NCBI GenBank assembly: GCA_028716245.1
Contig: JAQUQW010000002.1
Span: 357,346-421,345 of the forward strand
Source: Candidatus Omnitrophota bacterium
GTDB taxonomy: Bacteria; Omnitrophota; Gorgyraeia; Gygaellales; Profunditerraquicolaceae
Reading direction: 5' to 3'
DNA length: 64,000 nucleotides
In this document: positions 37,156-47,677 of the stretch, piece after piece
How the letters are laid out: each line of letters opens with the position of its first letter
Numbering within the stretch: the stretch's first letter is position 1
Notes under the pieces: generated by a model
What the model was told of the DNA's origin: nothing
The model's input: the letters and a program-made list of their open reading frames with translations, nothing else
Database searches by the model: none
Position numbers and translations under genes: made by a program

Positions 37156-37545
37156 ATGCTTAAAAAATTAATCAAGCTGATTTTTGCGGTTTTTCTGGCT
37201 ATAAATCTCTGTGGGTGTGCGGTAGTTATGATATTTATATCTGAGAATCTTAAAGTTAAGCAAACTTTAAATGTTTCTTATTCTCAGGCAATTGATATTG
37301 TTAAGGGGTCGGTGATCGAGCAGGGAATAAAGTTCCGGGAAGCATTGGTAGAAAAAGATGTTGCCAGGATAAAAGGAAGGTATGATGGCGGTAAGAGCCT
37401 GCATATTTATATCCATAAAATCAACGATAACCAATGTGCTATCGCAGTGCGGGCGGGAACAAGCGAAGCTGATAAAGAAATCGCCGAAAAAATCCTACAA
37501 GGTATTATAGATTATTCTAATAAGAAAAACAGGGTAGGAGTGTAA
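37156..37545 (+). CDS. hypothetical lipoprotein
   Basis: Signal peptide with LCGC lipobox; 129 aa. Confidence 0.4.
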   Translation: MLKKLIKLIFAVFLAINLCGCAVVMIFISENLKVKQTLNVSYSQAIDIVKGSVIEQGIKFREALVEKDVARIKGRYDGGKSLHIYIHKINDNQCAIAVRAGTSEADKEIAEKILQGIIDYSNKKNRVGV

Positions 37546-38594
37546 TGTCCGAGAACATTGTAAAAAAACTTTCATTTCTGGATAAGTTCTTAACCCTGTG
37601 GATATTCCTGGCTATGGCATTGGGAGTCTTGCTGGGTTATTTTTACCCGCCGATAGTCAGTTTTTGGAATAAATTTCAGGTAGGCACGACAAATATACCG
37701 ATTGCTATCGGCCTTATCCTGATGATGTATCCGCCGCTGGCTAAAGTCAGGTATGAAGATTTGGGTGATGTCCTGCGGGATAAAAAAGTGCTTACCTTGT
37801 CGCTGGTTCAGAACTGGGTCATTGGCCCGGTTTTAATGTTCCTTCTGGCAATCGTATTCTTAAGGACTTATCCGGAATATATGGTGGGTTTAATCCTGAT
37901 AGGTTTAGCCCGTTGTATCGCCATGGTAATTGTCTGGAATGATTTGGCCGGCGGCGATACGGAATACTGCGCCGGGCTGGTGGCGTTTAATTCATTTTTC
38001 CAGGTTTTATTTTATTCTGCCTACGCCTGGTTTTTTATCACCATTGCGCCTGCTTGGTTCGGGTTAAAAGGAATGGTTGCGGCTGTTTCCATGGGGCAGA
38101 TTGCCTATAGCGTCTTTATTTATCTGGGCATCCCTTTTATCGCCGGGATGCTGACCCGGTTTGTCGTAATCAAGACAAAAGGTAAAGCCTGGCACCATGA
38201 GAAATTTATTCCCAAAATCAGCCCTTTGACCCTGATTGCGCTTTTAGTCACCATCGTGGTAATGTTCTCGATGAAGGGGGAGTATATTGTTAAAATTCCC
38301 TTGGATGTACTCAGGATTGCCTTACCGCTTTTAATTTATTTTGTGGTGATGTTTCTGGTTTCATTCTATATGGGCAAAAAGGCTAAAGCCAGCTACGCCA
38401 AGAGCGCCACGCTTTCCTTTACCGCTGCCAGCAATAATTTTGAGCTGGCCATCGCGGTGGCTATCGTAACCTTTGGAATCAATTCCGGCCAGGCGTTTGC
38501 CGCGGTAATCGGGCCGCTGGTAGAGGTGCCGGTATTAATCGGCCTGGTGAATGTCGCGTTGTATTTTAAAAGAAGATACTTTCAGCATGGATAA
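37545..38594 (+). CDS. acr3: arsenite efflux transporter, ACR3 family
   Basis: 349 aa, 10-TM ACR3/BART-superfamily pattern; N-terminal region typical of ACR3; conserved Cys in ARCIAMV. Confidence 0.75.
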   Translation: MSENIVKKLSFLDKFLTLWIFLAMALGVLLGYFYPPIVSFWNKFQVGTTNIPIAIGLILMMYPPLAKVRYEDLGDVLRDKKVLTLSLVQNWVIGPVLMFLLAIVFLRTYPEYMVGLILIGLARCIAMVIVWNDLAGGDTEYCAGLVAFNSFFQVLFYSAYAWFFITIAPAWFGLKGMVAAVSMGQIAYSVFIYLGIPFIAGMLTRFVVIKTKGKAWHHEKFIPKISPLTLIALLVTIVVMFSMKGEYIVKIPLDVLRIALPLLIYFVVMFLVSFYMGKKAKASYAKSATLSFTAASNNFELAIAVAIVTFGINSGQAFAAVIGPLVEVPVLIGLVNVALYFKRRYFQHG

Positions 38595-38606
38595 GAGAAA
38601 GGATCT

Positions 38607-38990
38607 ATGAAGAATCGCTTGGCTTTTTTAATCTTAAGATTAAGTTTAGGGTTGGTATTTTTGATATTTGGAATCGGCAAATTCAGAAATGATGTTTGGG
38701 CCCAGACTATTAGAAGCATGGATTTTTTCTTAAGATTACCATGGGATGTCAGCGTTTCCGTATTTTTGATCGGATTAACAGAGGCCGCAACTGGTCTGGC
38801 ATTAATTGCGGGGTTCTTTATCCGCTTCTTTGCGGTAATCGCGGCATTGCAATTATCAGCCATATTGGTTTTACTTAATTTCCAGGAAAACAGGGATATA
38901 GCTTTGCTTGGGGCAGCCATCTGTATCGCAATTGTAAATGATTGTTCCTTTAATATATGTTCTTTATGGAAAAAGGAGGGGAATAAATGA
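38607..38990 (+). CDS. DoxX-family membrane protein
   Basis: 127 aa, four TM helices, DoxX-like N-terminus. Confidence 0.55.
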   Translation: MKNRLAFLILRLSLGLVFLIFGIGKFRNDVWAQTIRSMDFFLRLPWDVSVSVFLIGLTEAATGLALIAGFFIRFFAVIAALQLSAILVLLNFQENRDIALLGAAICIAIVNDCSFNICSLWKKEGNK

Positions 38991-39388
38991 AAAAATATTA
39001 TCTGGCTATGGTTAGCGCATTCTGTTTTATCGTATTTGCTTGTTCATATTCTTTAGCGCTTGATGATGCGAAAACAAAACAACCTGAATTATCCGGCAAA
39101 ATTGAAAATAATGTAAGAGTGGTTAAAGTTAAGGCCTTCAGGTATGGCTATGAACCCGATCCGATTGTGGTAAAACTGGGAGAGAAAGTTCGTATTGTTG
39201 CTGCAACCGGCGATGTAACCCACGGCCTGGCTATATCCGAATTTAATATAAATTTGGTGGTCGAACCCGGCCAGACAGAAACTGCGGAATTCCTGGCCGA
39301 TAAGGAAGGCGTATTTACGGTATATTGTACTGTTTATTGCGGGGCCGGCCATACGCATATGCACGGAAAGCTTATTGTTGAGAAATAA
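38987..39388 (+). CDS. secreted cupredoxin-domain protein with CuA-type site
   Basis: Signal peptide; CuA ligand pattern CTVYCGAGHTHM (CxxxCxxxHxxM) plus upstream His. Confidence 0.6.
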   Translation: MKKYYLAMVSAFCFIVFACSYSLALDDAKTKQPELSGKIENNVRVVKVKAFRYGYEPDPIVVKLGEKVRIVAATGDVTHGLAISEFNINLVVEPGQTETAEFLADKEGVFTVYCTVYCGAGHTHMHGKLIVEK

Positions 39389-40403
39389 AGATTTAGCTAA
39401 CGAGAAACCATCATATTCTCTATGGCAGCTTATCCGGTATTTTTTAAAATTGGGTACAGTGGGATTCGGAGGGCCAGTTGCTTTAATCGGCTATATGCGC
39501 CGGGATTTGGTTGAAGAAAGGAAATGGATCCAGGAGATCGATTACAAGGATGGAGTTGTTTTAGCGCAGCTTGCGCCCGGGCCGATGGCCACGCAGACGG
39601 CTATTTATATCGCCTATGTGCATTACCGTATCCTCGGAGCAACGCTGGTAGGAATCACTTTTGTTTTGCCTTCCTTTCTGATGGTGGTGGCTTTGGGAGT
39701 CGCCTATAAACTCTACGGCGGATTGGTTTGGATGCAGGCGGTGTTTTACGGAGTAAGCGCCAGCGTAATCGGCATTATTGCAGTCAGCGCGTATCATTTG
39801 ACAAAAAAGACTATTGCCAAAGATTGGCTGCTTTGGGTTATTTATATTATCACTGCTTTGTTTACCGTAATTACCGAGTCTGAACAGGGTTTACTTTTTA
39901 TTTTATCGGGAATTTTAGTCTGGTTGATCAAATCTCCACCGAAAATCAAATGGCCGCCAGCCAATACTTCAAACTTAATGGTTTTATCAATTCTTCCGCT
40001 AAATTTATTATTTTTTCCGGCCGGGGCAACGTCGCAACTCTTACGAATCTTTGGATTTTTCTCAAAAGCAGGGGCTTTTGTATTTGGCAGCGGGTTGGCG
40101 ATCGTGCCGTTTCTTTATGGGGGGGGCTGGTTAAACAGTATCACTGGCAAAGCTGCACAGATGGACGCGGTCTATGTGTTTAGCAAACAAGAAGAGAAAA
40201 GACAGTATATATCTCCCGATGACTGCTATGTTCATGAGGGATATTATTATCCGTATTATCGTTTTGGCTGGCACCGCTATCATCCTCGCTATTATTACCC
40301 CAGGGGATATTACTATTCTTACGGGTATCAATCGACGATAGAAACAACGGTATTCATATCCGCTGTCGGGATCGCTATAAAATATACCGGCTCTGCATCG
40401 TGA
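39375..40403 (+). CDS. chromate transporter (CHR/ChrA) family protein with aberrant Tyr-rich C-terminus
   Basis: N-terminal CHR motif GTVGFGGPVALIGYM...LAPGPMATQ; second half degenerates after a G8 homopolymer into YYYPYYRFGWHRYHPRYYYPRGYYY. Confidence 0.5.
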   Translation: MLRNKDLANEKPSYSLWQLIRYFLKLGTVGFGGPVALIGYMRRDLVEERKWIQEIDYKDGVVLAQLAPGPMATQTAIYIAYVHYRILGATLVGITFVLPSFLMVVALGVAYKLYGGLVWMQAVFYGVSASVIGIIAVSAYHLTKKTIAKDWLLWVIYIITALFTVITESEQGLLFILSGILVWLIKSPPKIKWPPANTSNLMVLSILPLNLLFFPAGATSQLLRIFGFFSKAGAFVFGSGLAIVPFLYGGGWLNSITGKAAQMDAVYVFSKQEEKRQYISPDDCYVHEGYYYPYYRFGWHRYHPRYYYPRGYYYSYGYQSTIETTVFISAVGIAIKYTGSAS

Positions 40404-40605
40404 GAAAAGTTTTTTTGTTCCCATTCCATCAAACAAAATCTTGACAATTATAACTCTGGGTGTATATTTTAGTTAGTTAATAGTTTATAGTATTAACTAT
40501 ATAGGTACCCCGCGCCAAGTAAGGCACCCGACGCTAGTAGGTATTGCGTCGGTGTGCGCTAGGTAGCGCAAATTGCGCGGGTGTGCCCTTGTGGGCAAGG
40601 ACCAA

Positions 40606-41070
40606 ATGAATATCAAAGAATTCGCAAGTAAAGTGATCGAGTTGTCCCCCCAGATTATCAGAGGTTTTAAACAGTATGAAAATAACTATTTAACAAGAGG
40701 CGAAATCACTTTGCCTCAGTTTTGTGCGTTAGGCTATCTTGGATCTAATGGCAAGAGCAAGATGAATACCTTGGCTAAACACCTGAAGATTTCACCGGCT
40801 GCCTCAACCGGCCTAATTGATCGGCTTATGGCGCAAAAACTGGTGATTAGAATGGCGGATTCAGGAGACAGGCGGATAGTCTGGATAGAATTAACTGCCA
40901 AAGGAAGAGAAATAATTAAAAATATAAATAAACAAAAAACCGAAACATTAATAAGGGTCTTTGGAAAAATTTCTCCCAAGGACAGGGAGCATTACCTGAA
41001 TATTCTCCAACAGGTCGTAAAAATCACTGCCTCACTGCCGGATAGAAAATCACAGTTAATAAAATATTAA
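40606..41070 (+). CDS. MarR-family transcriptional regulator
   Basis: wHTH pattern ...LPQFCALGYL...MNTLAKHLKISPAASTGLIDRL...; palindromic operator candidates upstream. Confidence 0.7.
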   Translation: MNIKEFASKVIELSPQIIRGFKQYENNYLTRGEITLPQFCALGYLGSNGKSKMNTLAKHLKISPAASTGLIDRLMAQKLVIRMADSGDRRIVWIELTAKGREIIKNINKQKTETLIRVFGKISPKDREHYLNILQQVVKITASLPDRKSQLIKY

Positions 41071-41072
41071 GA

Positions 41073-42353
41073 ATGAAAAGTTTATTTAGAGGTTTAATTA
41101 TTATGCTATTTTTCCCGGTTCTGGTTTTTGGCGCGGATGTTGTAAATAAAGATTACTCGCCTAAAAACGAATTTCTTACGCTTGCGGACTGCTATAAACT
41201 CGCGCTAAAGCAAAGTGAACTTATTGCCATAGATGCCGAACAGATCAAGATAGCCCAGGCGCATTTCCTGGAAGCCTTTGGAACGATTATGCCGCAGGTT
41301 TCTTTCTCGCACACAGAAACCAGGAACCGGTCCGGCAGTTCTTCATTAAATAATACTCACGAAGAAAAATTTATTTTCACTCAGGATCTGTTCTCCGGTT
41401 TTAAAGAATTTGCCGCAATCAAGGGCAGTAACTTTGAAAAGAGCCAGCGCCAAATGGAGAAATGGCGCGCCGAACAGCTTCTTTTTACAGATGTCTCCGA
41501 TGCCTTTTATCTGCTTTTAGAAATAGAGCAAGACCTTAACGCGCTTAAGGCAATCGAATTTGCACTTAAAGACAGGGTCGCAGAATTAAAGGCGCGCCAG
41601 ATTATCGGTAAATCCAGGGCCAGCGAGGTGTCGACTACAGAATACCAGCTTTATAATCTTGAAGCCCAGATGCAGCTGGAGAGAAATCAGGAGCTTTTGG
41701 TGCGCCAACTTATTGAATTTTTAATCGGCAGGCCGTTTGACAAAATAGCAGAATTAAAGTTTGATTTTAATATCAAGGCGGAATCGCAATATTTAGCGCA
41801 AGCTTCTTTGCGTCCGGATGTGCAAGCGGCTTATTATGCTTTGCGGTCGGACCAGGAAAAAATAGCCATTGCCAGGAGCGGTTTCTTTCCTCAGGTAAGT
41901 TTAGAGGGAGATTATTTTACCCATCGTTCCTTGGCGCCTGCGGATAGCAAATGGAGAACTTTGCTTACAGTGAGTGTCCCCATTTTTGAAGGGACCACTA
42001 CTTATGGCCAGGTTAAAGAAGCAGATTCCGTAGCCAGGCAAACCGGGCTGTTGTATAGCAGAATAGGCAGGATTGCGATTGAGAACATCCATGATGCTTA
42101 TGTGAATATGCAGATATCTATTTTAAGGAAGAAGACTCTGGGCAAGGCCTTAGGGTCTGCCGAATTAAGCTATCATTTACAAACTCAGGATTATAAATTA
42201 AATGTTGTGAACAACCTGGATGTCTTGACGGCGATACAAAATTTGGAAGATGTCCGCAGAAGTTATATCCATACTTCTTACGAAAGTAAACGTTTTTACT
42301 GGCAGTTATTGGCTGCCGCAGGGGAGATTAACCCGGAAACAATAATAAAATGA
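41073..42353 (+). CDS. TolC-like outer-membrane efflux protein
   Basis: Signal peptide; two-repeat OEP architecture; about 426 aa. Confidence 0.7.
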   Translation: MKSLFRGLIIMLFFPVLVFGADVVNKDYSPKNEFLTLADCYKLALKQSELIAIDAEQIKIAQAHFLEAFGTIMPQVSFSHTETRNRSGSSSLNNTHEEKFIFTQDLFSGFKEFAAIKGSNFEKSQRQMEKWRAEQLLFTDVSDAFYLLLEIEQDLNALKAIEFALKDRVAELKARQIIGKSRASEVSTTEYQLYNLEAQMQLERNQELLVRQLIEFLIGRPFDKIAELKFDFNIKAESQYLAQASLRPDVQAAYYALRSDQEKIAIARSGFFPQVSLEGDYFTHRSLAPADSKWRTLLTVSVPIFEGTTTYGQVKEADSVARQTGLLYSRIGRIAIENIHDAYVNMQISILRKKTLGKALGSAELSYHLQTQDYKLNVVNNLDVLTAIQNLEDVRRSYIHTSYESKRFYWQLLAAAGEINPETIIK

Positions 42354-45300
42354 CACTATCCGACATATCGATTAAAAATCCCGTTTTTGGCTGGATGCTC
42401 ATGATTGGCGTTTTGGTTTTTGGTTGGATTGGCTTCCAGCGTTTAGGGGTAAGCCAACTGCCGGATGTGGATTTTCCGGTTGTATCGGTTTCGGTAACCT
42501 GGGAAGGTGCTTCTCCGGAAGTTATGGAAACCGATGTAACCGATATTATTGAAAACGCGGTGATGAGCGTAGAGGGGTTGAAAGAAGTAACTTCTGTTTC
42601 AATGCAGGGGGTTACGCAAATCACGCTGGAATTTAATCTTAACCGCAATATCGATGTCGCTCTTCAAGAGGTCCAGGCCAAGATTGCCCAAGCCCAAAGA
42701 AATTTACCGCGGGATATCGACCCGCCGGTTATAAACAAGACTAACCCCGAAGACCAGCCGATAGTTTGGCTTGCTCTTTCCGGAGACCTTCCGATCAAAG
42801 ATTTATGCCGTTATACCAATGAAACTTTAAAAGATCAGTTTACGATTGTACCGGGGGTTGGCGATATCAGGTTAGGAGGTTATGTCGATCCGAATCTTCG
42901 GGTTTGGCTTGATGCTGAAAAGATGCAGCAAATGGAACTTACGGTTGAAGACGTGCTCAATGCGATAAACTTCCAGCACGCCGATATTCCTTCCGGATAT
43001 ATCGACTCAGGCCCCAAAGAAATTAATGTCCGGGTTTACGGTGAGGCTAAGACCCCGGAACAATTTGAAAATATAATTATACCGACACGCGTGCGCGGCG
43101 GCCCGATCTGGAAGAGCCTGCGTATCGGAGATGTCGGTAGTGTCGAAGACGGCCTGGCGGATATCCGCAGGATTTCGCGCAGCTGGGGGAAGACGGCAAT
43201 CGGCTTAGGGGTAATTAAACAACGCGGAACCAATGCCGTGGCCGTGGCAGACGGCGTAAAGCGTAAAATGGAGGAGCTTCAAAAAGGTCTGCCTGCCGGG
43301 ATGCACCTGAGCCTGGTTTTCGATACTACCCAATTTATTAAAGACTCAGTCAATGAGTTGAAGTTTAACCTGATGCTTTCGATCATCCTTACCTCGCTGG
43401 TCTGTTATTTATTTTTGGGCTCCTGGAGCGCCAACGTTAATGTTTTGTTGTCCATACCTTTCTCGATTATGGGAGCGTTTTTCATTCTTTATTTTGCAGG
43501 ATTTACTATTAATACATTTACGATGCTCGGGCTTTCCTTAGTTATCGGAATTGTTGTGGATGATGCCATAATGGTCCTGGAGAATATTTCGCGTTATCAG
43601 GAACGCGGGCTGGCGCGAAAAGAAGCGGCTTTGACCGGAGCCCGGGAGATAACCTTTGCAGCTATCGCGGCATCTATAGCGATTTTAGCGATTTTTATAC
43701 CGGTTATCTTTATGCAGGGGATTGTCGGTAAATTTTTCTTCCAGTTTGGAGTGACGATATCGGTAGCGGTAATTTTTTCTTTGGTCGAGGCCTTGACCAT
43801 TACGCCGATGAGATGCTCGCAATTTTTAGCTGTAGGGCATACTACAGGGCTGGGAAGAGCCATGGATAGGCTTATGAAATGGCTATCCGAAAGTTATCGT
43901 TTTACACTCAAGTTTATATTGGGGCGGCCCAAGACAATCCTGATTATTGCAATTTTTATTTTTGTTTCGTCTTTAGGCATAGCGATGATTTTGAAAAAAG
44001 AATTTATCCCTCCGCAAGATCAAAGCAGGTTTCTTGCCCGGATAACATTGCCTCTGGGCAGTTCTATCGAAAAAACCGATAATCTCTTTAAGGAAGCGGA
44101 GAAATTCCTAATGCAGCGTCCGGAAGTATTAACTTATTATAGCGCGGTAGGCAGTTTTTCCGGAGGACAGGTAAATCAGGGGTTTGTTTTTATTACGATG
44201 AAGCCCCCAAAAGAGAGACCGCTATTGAGCGGGCATCATGAGACTCAAGCTGAATTTATGCAGATAGTGCGCAAGCAATTCAGCGGTATTGCCGGCGTAG
44301 ATCGTGCGACGATTCAGGATCTTTCACTTACCGGTTTTACCGCGCAGCGCGGATTTCCCATTGAATTCACGGTCCGCGGCCCTGATTGGGAAAAATTAGG
44401 CCAATTGAGCCAGGAAATCATGAAGCGAATGAAGGCCTCGGGCGCGATGGTCGATGTTGATACCGATTATCAACTTGGCATGCCGGAACTGCAAGTTTAT
44501 CCGGATCGGCAGAAGGCGGCAGAGCATGGCGTAAGCGTCCTTTCTATAGCCGACACCATTAATGCTATGGTCGGAGGGGTCCGTAATGGTAAGTTCACCA
44601 GCCGCGGAAAACGTTATGATATCCGCGTGCGCTTAGCCGAAGCCGACCGTTCGAATACAAAAGATGTTCAAAGGATGTGGGTGCGTAATGAATTCGGAGA
44701 GGTAGTGCCGCTATCGGCAGTTGTGACTGCAAATGAAAAGCCTTCTTTATTTTCAATTACCCGTAAAAACCGCGAGCGCGCTGTTAGTATTTATGCAAAC
44801 CCGGCTTCCGGCCATTCTCAGCAAGAGGCTTTGGATGCTGTTTTAAAAATCGGCAAAGAAGTCCTTCCGGATGATTACCGCCTGGTTTTTTCCGGCGGTT
44901 CGCAGGCCTTCAAAGATTCTTTTCAGAGCCTGATCTTTGCCCTTATTTTGGGAATTTTTGTTGCTTATATGATCCTGGGAACGCAGTTTAACAGTTTTAT
45001 CTACCCTTTTACCGTACTTTTGGCATTACCTTTTAGCGTCACCGGAGCTTTTTTATTCCTGTTCCTAACTCACAATTCACTTAATCTTTATAGCATGATC
45101 GGCCTTATCCTGCTCATGGGCATTGTTAAGAAAAATTCTATCCTCCTGGTTGATTTTACTAATGTGCGGCGCAAACAGGGCATGGGAGTAAAAGAGGCGC
45201 TTTTAGATGCTTGCCCCATACGCCTCAGGCCTATTCTGATGACTTCGGTTGCCATGATTGCGGCCGCGACGCCGGCGGCACTGGCGATCGGCCCGGGTTC

Positions 45301-45433
45301 GGAGGTTATGGTTCCCATGGCTGTCGCGGTTATCGGAGGAGTTTTGTTCTCGACGATATTAACACTTTTTGTTGTTCCTTGCGCTTATGAAGTATTCTCA
45401 AAACTCGAACGCCATAAGGATAGGATTAATTGA
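42350..45433 (+). CDS. RND-superfamily efflux permease (AcrB/CzcA-like)
   Basis: 1027 aa, 12 TM with two large periplasmic loops; N-terminus MTLSDISIKNPVFGWMLM typical of RND. Confidence 0.85.
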   Translation: MTLSDISIKNPVFGWMLMIGVLVFGWIGFQRLGVSQLPDVDFPVVSVSVTWEGASPEVMETDVTDIIENAVMSVEGLKEVTSVSMQGVTQITLEFNLNRNIDVALQEVQAKIAQAQRNLPRDIDPPVINKTNPEDQPIVWLALSGDLPIKDLCRYTNETLKDQFTIVPGVGDIRLGGYVDPNLRVWLDAEKMQQMELTVEDVLNAINFQHADIPSGYIDSGPKEINVRVYGEAKTPEQFENIIIPTRVRGGPIWKSLRIGDVGSVEDGLADIRRISRSWGKTAIGLGVIKQRGTNAVAVADGVKRKMEELQKGLPAGMHLSLVFDTTQFIKDSVNELKFNLMLSIILTSLVCYLFLGSWSANVNVLLSIPFSIMGAFFILYFAGFTINTFTMLGLSLVIGIVVDDAIMVLENISRYQERGLARKEAALTGAREITFAAIAASIAILAIFIPVIFMQGIVGKFFFQFGVTISVAVIFSLVEALTITPMRCSQFLAVGHTTGLGRAMDRLMKWLSESYRFTLKFILGRPKTILIIAIFIFVSSLGIAMILKKEFIPPQDQSRFLARITLPLGSSIEKTDNLFKEAEKFLMQRPEVLTYYSAVGSFSGGQVNQGFVFITMKPPKERPLLSGHHETQAEFMQIVRKQFSGIAGVDRATIQDLSLTGFTAQRGFPIEFTVRGPDWEKLGQLSQEIMKRMKASGAMVDVDTDYQLGMPELQVYPDRQKAAEHGVSVLSIADTINAMVGGVRNGKFTSRGKRYDIRVRLAEADRSNTKDVQRMWVRNEFGEVVPLSAVVTANEKPSLFSITRKNRERAVSIYANPASGHSQQEALDAVLKIGKEVLPDDYRLVFSGGSQAFKDSFQSLIFALILGIFVAYMILGTQFNSFIYPFTVLLALPFSVTGAFLFLFLTHNSLNLYSMIGLILLMGIVKKNSILLVDFTNVRRKQGMGVKEALLDACPIRLRPILMTSVAMIAAATPAALAIGPGSEVMVPMAVAVIGGVLFSTILTLFVVPCAYEVFSKLERHKDRIN

Positions 45434-45511
45434 AAGAATAAATAAAATTAAGCGCTGCAAAAAGTGTGTTTGGTTCAGCGATAAAGTAGTATAATTTAAT
45501 CGGAGGTACTT

Positions 45512-46234
45512 ATGGAGCAATTAAAGATAGCCGGTCAGTATAAAAATATTCTTCAACAGTTTACTCAAGGGTTAAAAGACATATATCCTGAAGAATTAGT
45601 GTCGCTTATTCTTTATGGCAGCGCGGTAAGCGGTGAGTTTGTGGATAAACATTCCAATCTAAATTTGCTTGCCGTGTTGATTAATACCGATTTAGAGTTA
45701 ATCAGAAAATCGTCGAAGTTAATCCGCAAGTTTAAGCTAATCAATACGTTATTTCTCACCGAAGATTACATCGTTAATTCTATAGATATTTTTCCGATTG
45801 AATTCCTGGATATGCAGGAAAATTATTTTGTGCTCTACGGCAAAGATGTTTTAAAAGATATTCAAGTTGATATCCGCAATTTAAGGTTCCAGTGTGAACA
45901 TGAGCTAAAGGCAAAGCTGCTTAAATTAAGGCAGGCATATTTATTGCTGAATAATAATCTGCCCGCATTGCGTAGTTTATTATTTATGTCTTTTACTTCT
46001 GTCCTGCATATATTACGCAATGTCTTACGGATAAAAGGGAGAAAGCCGCCCTATTTAAAACATGAGGTTCTCAAAGAATTGGCTCTTGAGTTTAAAATTG
46101 ATCTGGCTGTTTGGGAGAAAGTATTGTCAGCTAAGAATAAAAAGATCAAATTGAGCGCAAGAGAAATTGAACAATTATTCGTTAGTTTTGTCAGAGAATT
46201 AGATTCGCTAGTCGCTACTGTCGATAAGTTATAA
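45512..46234 (+). CDS. hypothetical protein (degenerate nucleotidyltransferase-like fold?)
   Basis: LYGSAVSGEF... resembles the NTase GS motif, but the acidic catalytic residues are not evident. Confidence 0.3.
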   Translation: MEQLKIAGQYKNILQQFTQGLKDIYPEELVSLILYGSAVSGEFVDKHSNLNLLAVLINTDLELIRKSSKLIRKFKLINTLFLTEDYIVNSIDIFPIEFLDMQENYFVLYGKDVLKDIQVDIRNLRFQCEHELKAKLLKLRQAYLLLNNNLPALRSLLFMSFTSVLHILRNVLRIKGRKPPYLKHEVLKELALEFKIDLAVWEKVLSAKNKKIKLSAREIEQLFVSFVRELDSLVATVDKL

Positions 46235-46238
46235 CTAT

Positions 46239-46985
46239 ATGCGTAAAATATTTCTTACACTCGCTTTTTTTATTCTGCCTTTTTTGGGTTACGCCCAAAA
46301 TGTTCCCCAACCGGTTGGCTGGGTCAATGACTTTGCAAATGTCATCGATCAAGGCAATGCTGATAAACTAAACTCTTTAATTGCGGAAGTAGAGCAAAAG
46401 ACCTCTACGGAAATTTCCGTAGTGACGGTTAATTCCATCGCCCCTTATGACGAAAAGGAATATGCGCGATTGCTCTTTGATAATTGGAAACCGGGGAAAA
46501 AAGGAAAAGATAATGGCGCGTTAGTACTCTTAGCGGTTAAAGAAAGACGCTGGCGTATTGAGACCGGATATGGAGTGGAAGGTATCCTGCCGGATGGCCT
46601 CTGCGGCGAAATTGGCCGAAACTATATGGTCCCGTATTTTAAGGAAGCTAAATTTGGGGAAGGTTTATATCAAGGCATACGCGCCATCGCCAATATTATT
46701 GCTAAAGATGCCCATGTTACTTTGGCTGCGCTCGGTGATTTTGAAGAAATTACGCCGGAAAAACAATCTGCATCAACTATTCCTGATAGTTTAGCAACGG
46801 TGATTATTTTCATTGTTGTTGTATTCTTTGTAGTGATAAGCAATCTGGGAGCATATCGAAACAGATATTACGGCGGTGGTTATTATGGTGGATCCTATGG
46901 TGGAGGTTTTGGAGGCGGTGGGGGTGGTTTTGGAGGTTTTGGCGGAGGTGGCGGCGGAGGTGGCGGGGCCGGAGGAGGATTCTAG
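46239..46985 (+). CDS. TPM-domain protein (YgcG-like) with TM segment and Gly-rich tail
   Basis: Signal peptide; TPM signature GWVNDFANVI...L...IAEVEQKTSTEISVVTV; C-terminal GGGYYGG...GGGF tail. Confidence 0.7.
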   Translation: MRKIFLTLAFFILPFLGYAQNVPQPVGWVNDFANVIDQGNADKLNSLIAEVEQKTSTEISVVTVNSIAPYDEKEYARLLFDNWKPGKKGKDNGALVLLAVKERRWRIETGYGVEGILPDGLCGEIGRNYMVPYFKEAKFGEGLYQGIRAIANIIAKDAHVTLAALGDFEEITPEKQSASTIPDSLATVIIFIVVVFFVVISNLGAYRNRYYGGGYYGGSYGGGFGGGGGGFGGFGGGGGGGGGAGGGF

Positions 46986-47017
46986 ATTTTTCTAAAAGAG
47001 AAAAGAGAGGAGAAGGG

Positions 47018-47584
47018 GTGAAAAAATTTCTGATTGTATTAGCGGTGTTAGCAATCCTGGTGATCGTGGTTAGTGCGTCATTTATCGGGGTGTATAACGG
47101 TATTGTCAGTAAAAATGAAACCATTACCGCCAAATGGGCGCAGGTAGAAAATCAATTGCAGAGGCGTAATGACTTGATCCCAAATTTAGTCAATACGGTT
47201 AAAGGTTACGCCGCGCATGAGAAGACTGTTTTGGAAGATATCACCAATGCCCGTTCTCAATGGGCAAAAGCCGGCTCAACGGAAGAAAAAGTTAAAGCAG
47301 CCGGGGCAATAGATAGGGCATTGGGCCGGCTTCTGTTGGTTACGGAAAATTACCCGAATTTAAAAGCGGACCAGACATTCTTGAAACTTATGGATGAATT
47401 ATCCGGGACTGAAAATCGCATCTCGGTAGAAAGGATGCGCTATAACGAGGCTGTCCAAGATTATAATATTACCGTGAGAGTGTTTCCGGGCAATATTGTG
47501 GCAGGAATGTTTGGTTATAAGGTGGCCACGGAATATTTTAAAGCGGAAGAAAAATCAAAAACTGTTCCCGAAGTAAAGTTCTAA
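47018..47584 (+). CDS. lemA: LemA-family protein
   Basis: N-terminal TM; conserved LemA core ...NLVNTVKGYAAHEKTVLEDITNARS...; canonically paired with TPM. Confidence 0.75.
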   Translation: MKKFLIVLAVLAILVIVVSASFIGVYNGIVSKNETITAKWAQVENQLQRRNDLIPNLVNTVKGYAAHEKTVLEDITNARSQWAKAGSTEEKVKAAGAIDRALGRLLLVTENYPNLKADQTFLKLMDELSGTENRISVERMRYNEAVQDYNITVRVFPGNIVAGMFGYKVATEYFKAEEKSKTVPEVKF

Positions 47585-47677
47585 GAAATTTTCTTGATTT
47601 TAATTGGAAAAGTGATACTATTTTAAAATAGTAAAGCAGCTCCGAGTTTTAAGGTGGGTCTGGGCTAAGAAAATAAC

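Noticed and set aside
46800-46985. Gly-rich GGGYYGGSYGGGFGGGGGG tail, considered as a tandem repeat or low-complexity artefact
   Set aside because: It is in frame at the C-terminus of the TPM-domain protein. Such Gly-rich tails are common in YgcG-like TPM proteins, so this is not an independent repeat feature.
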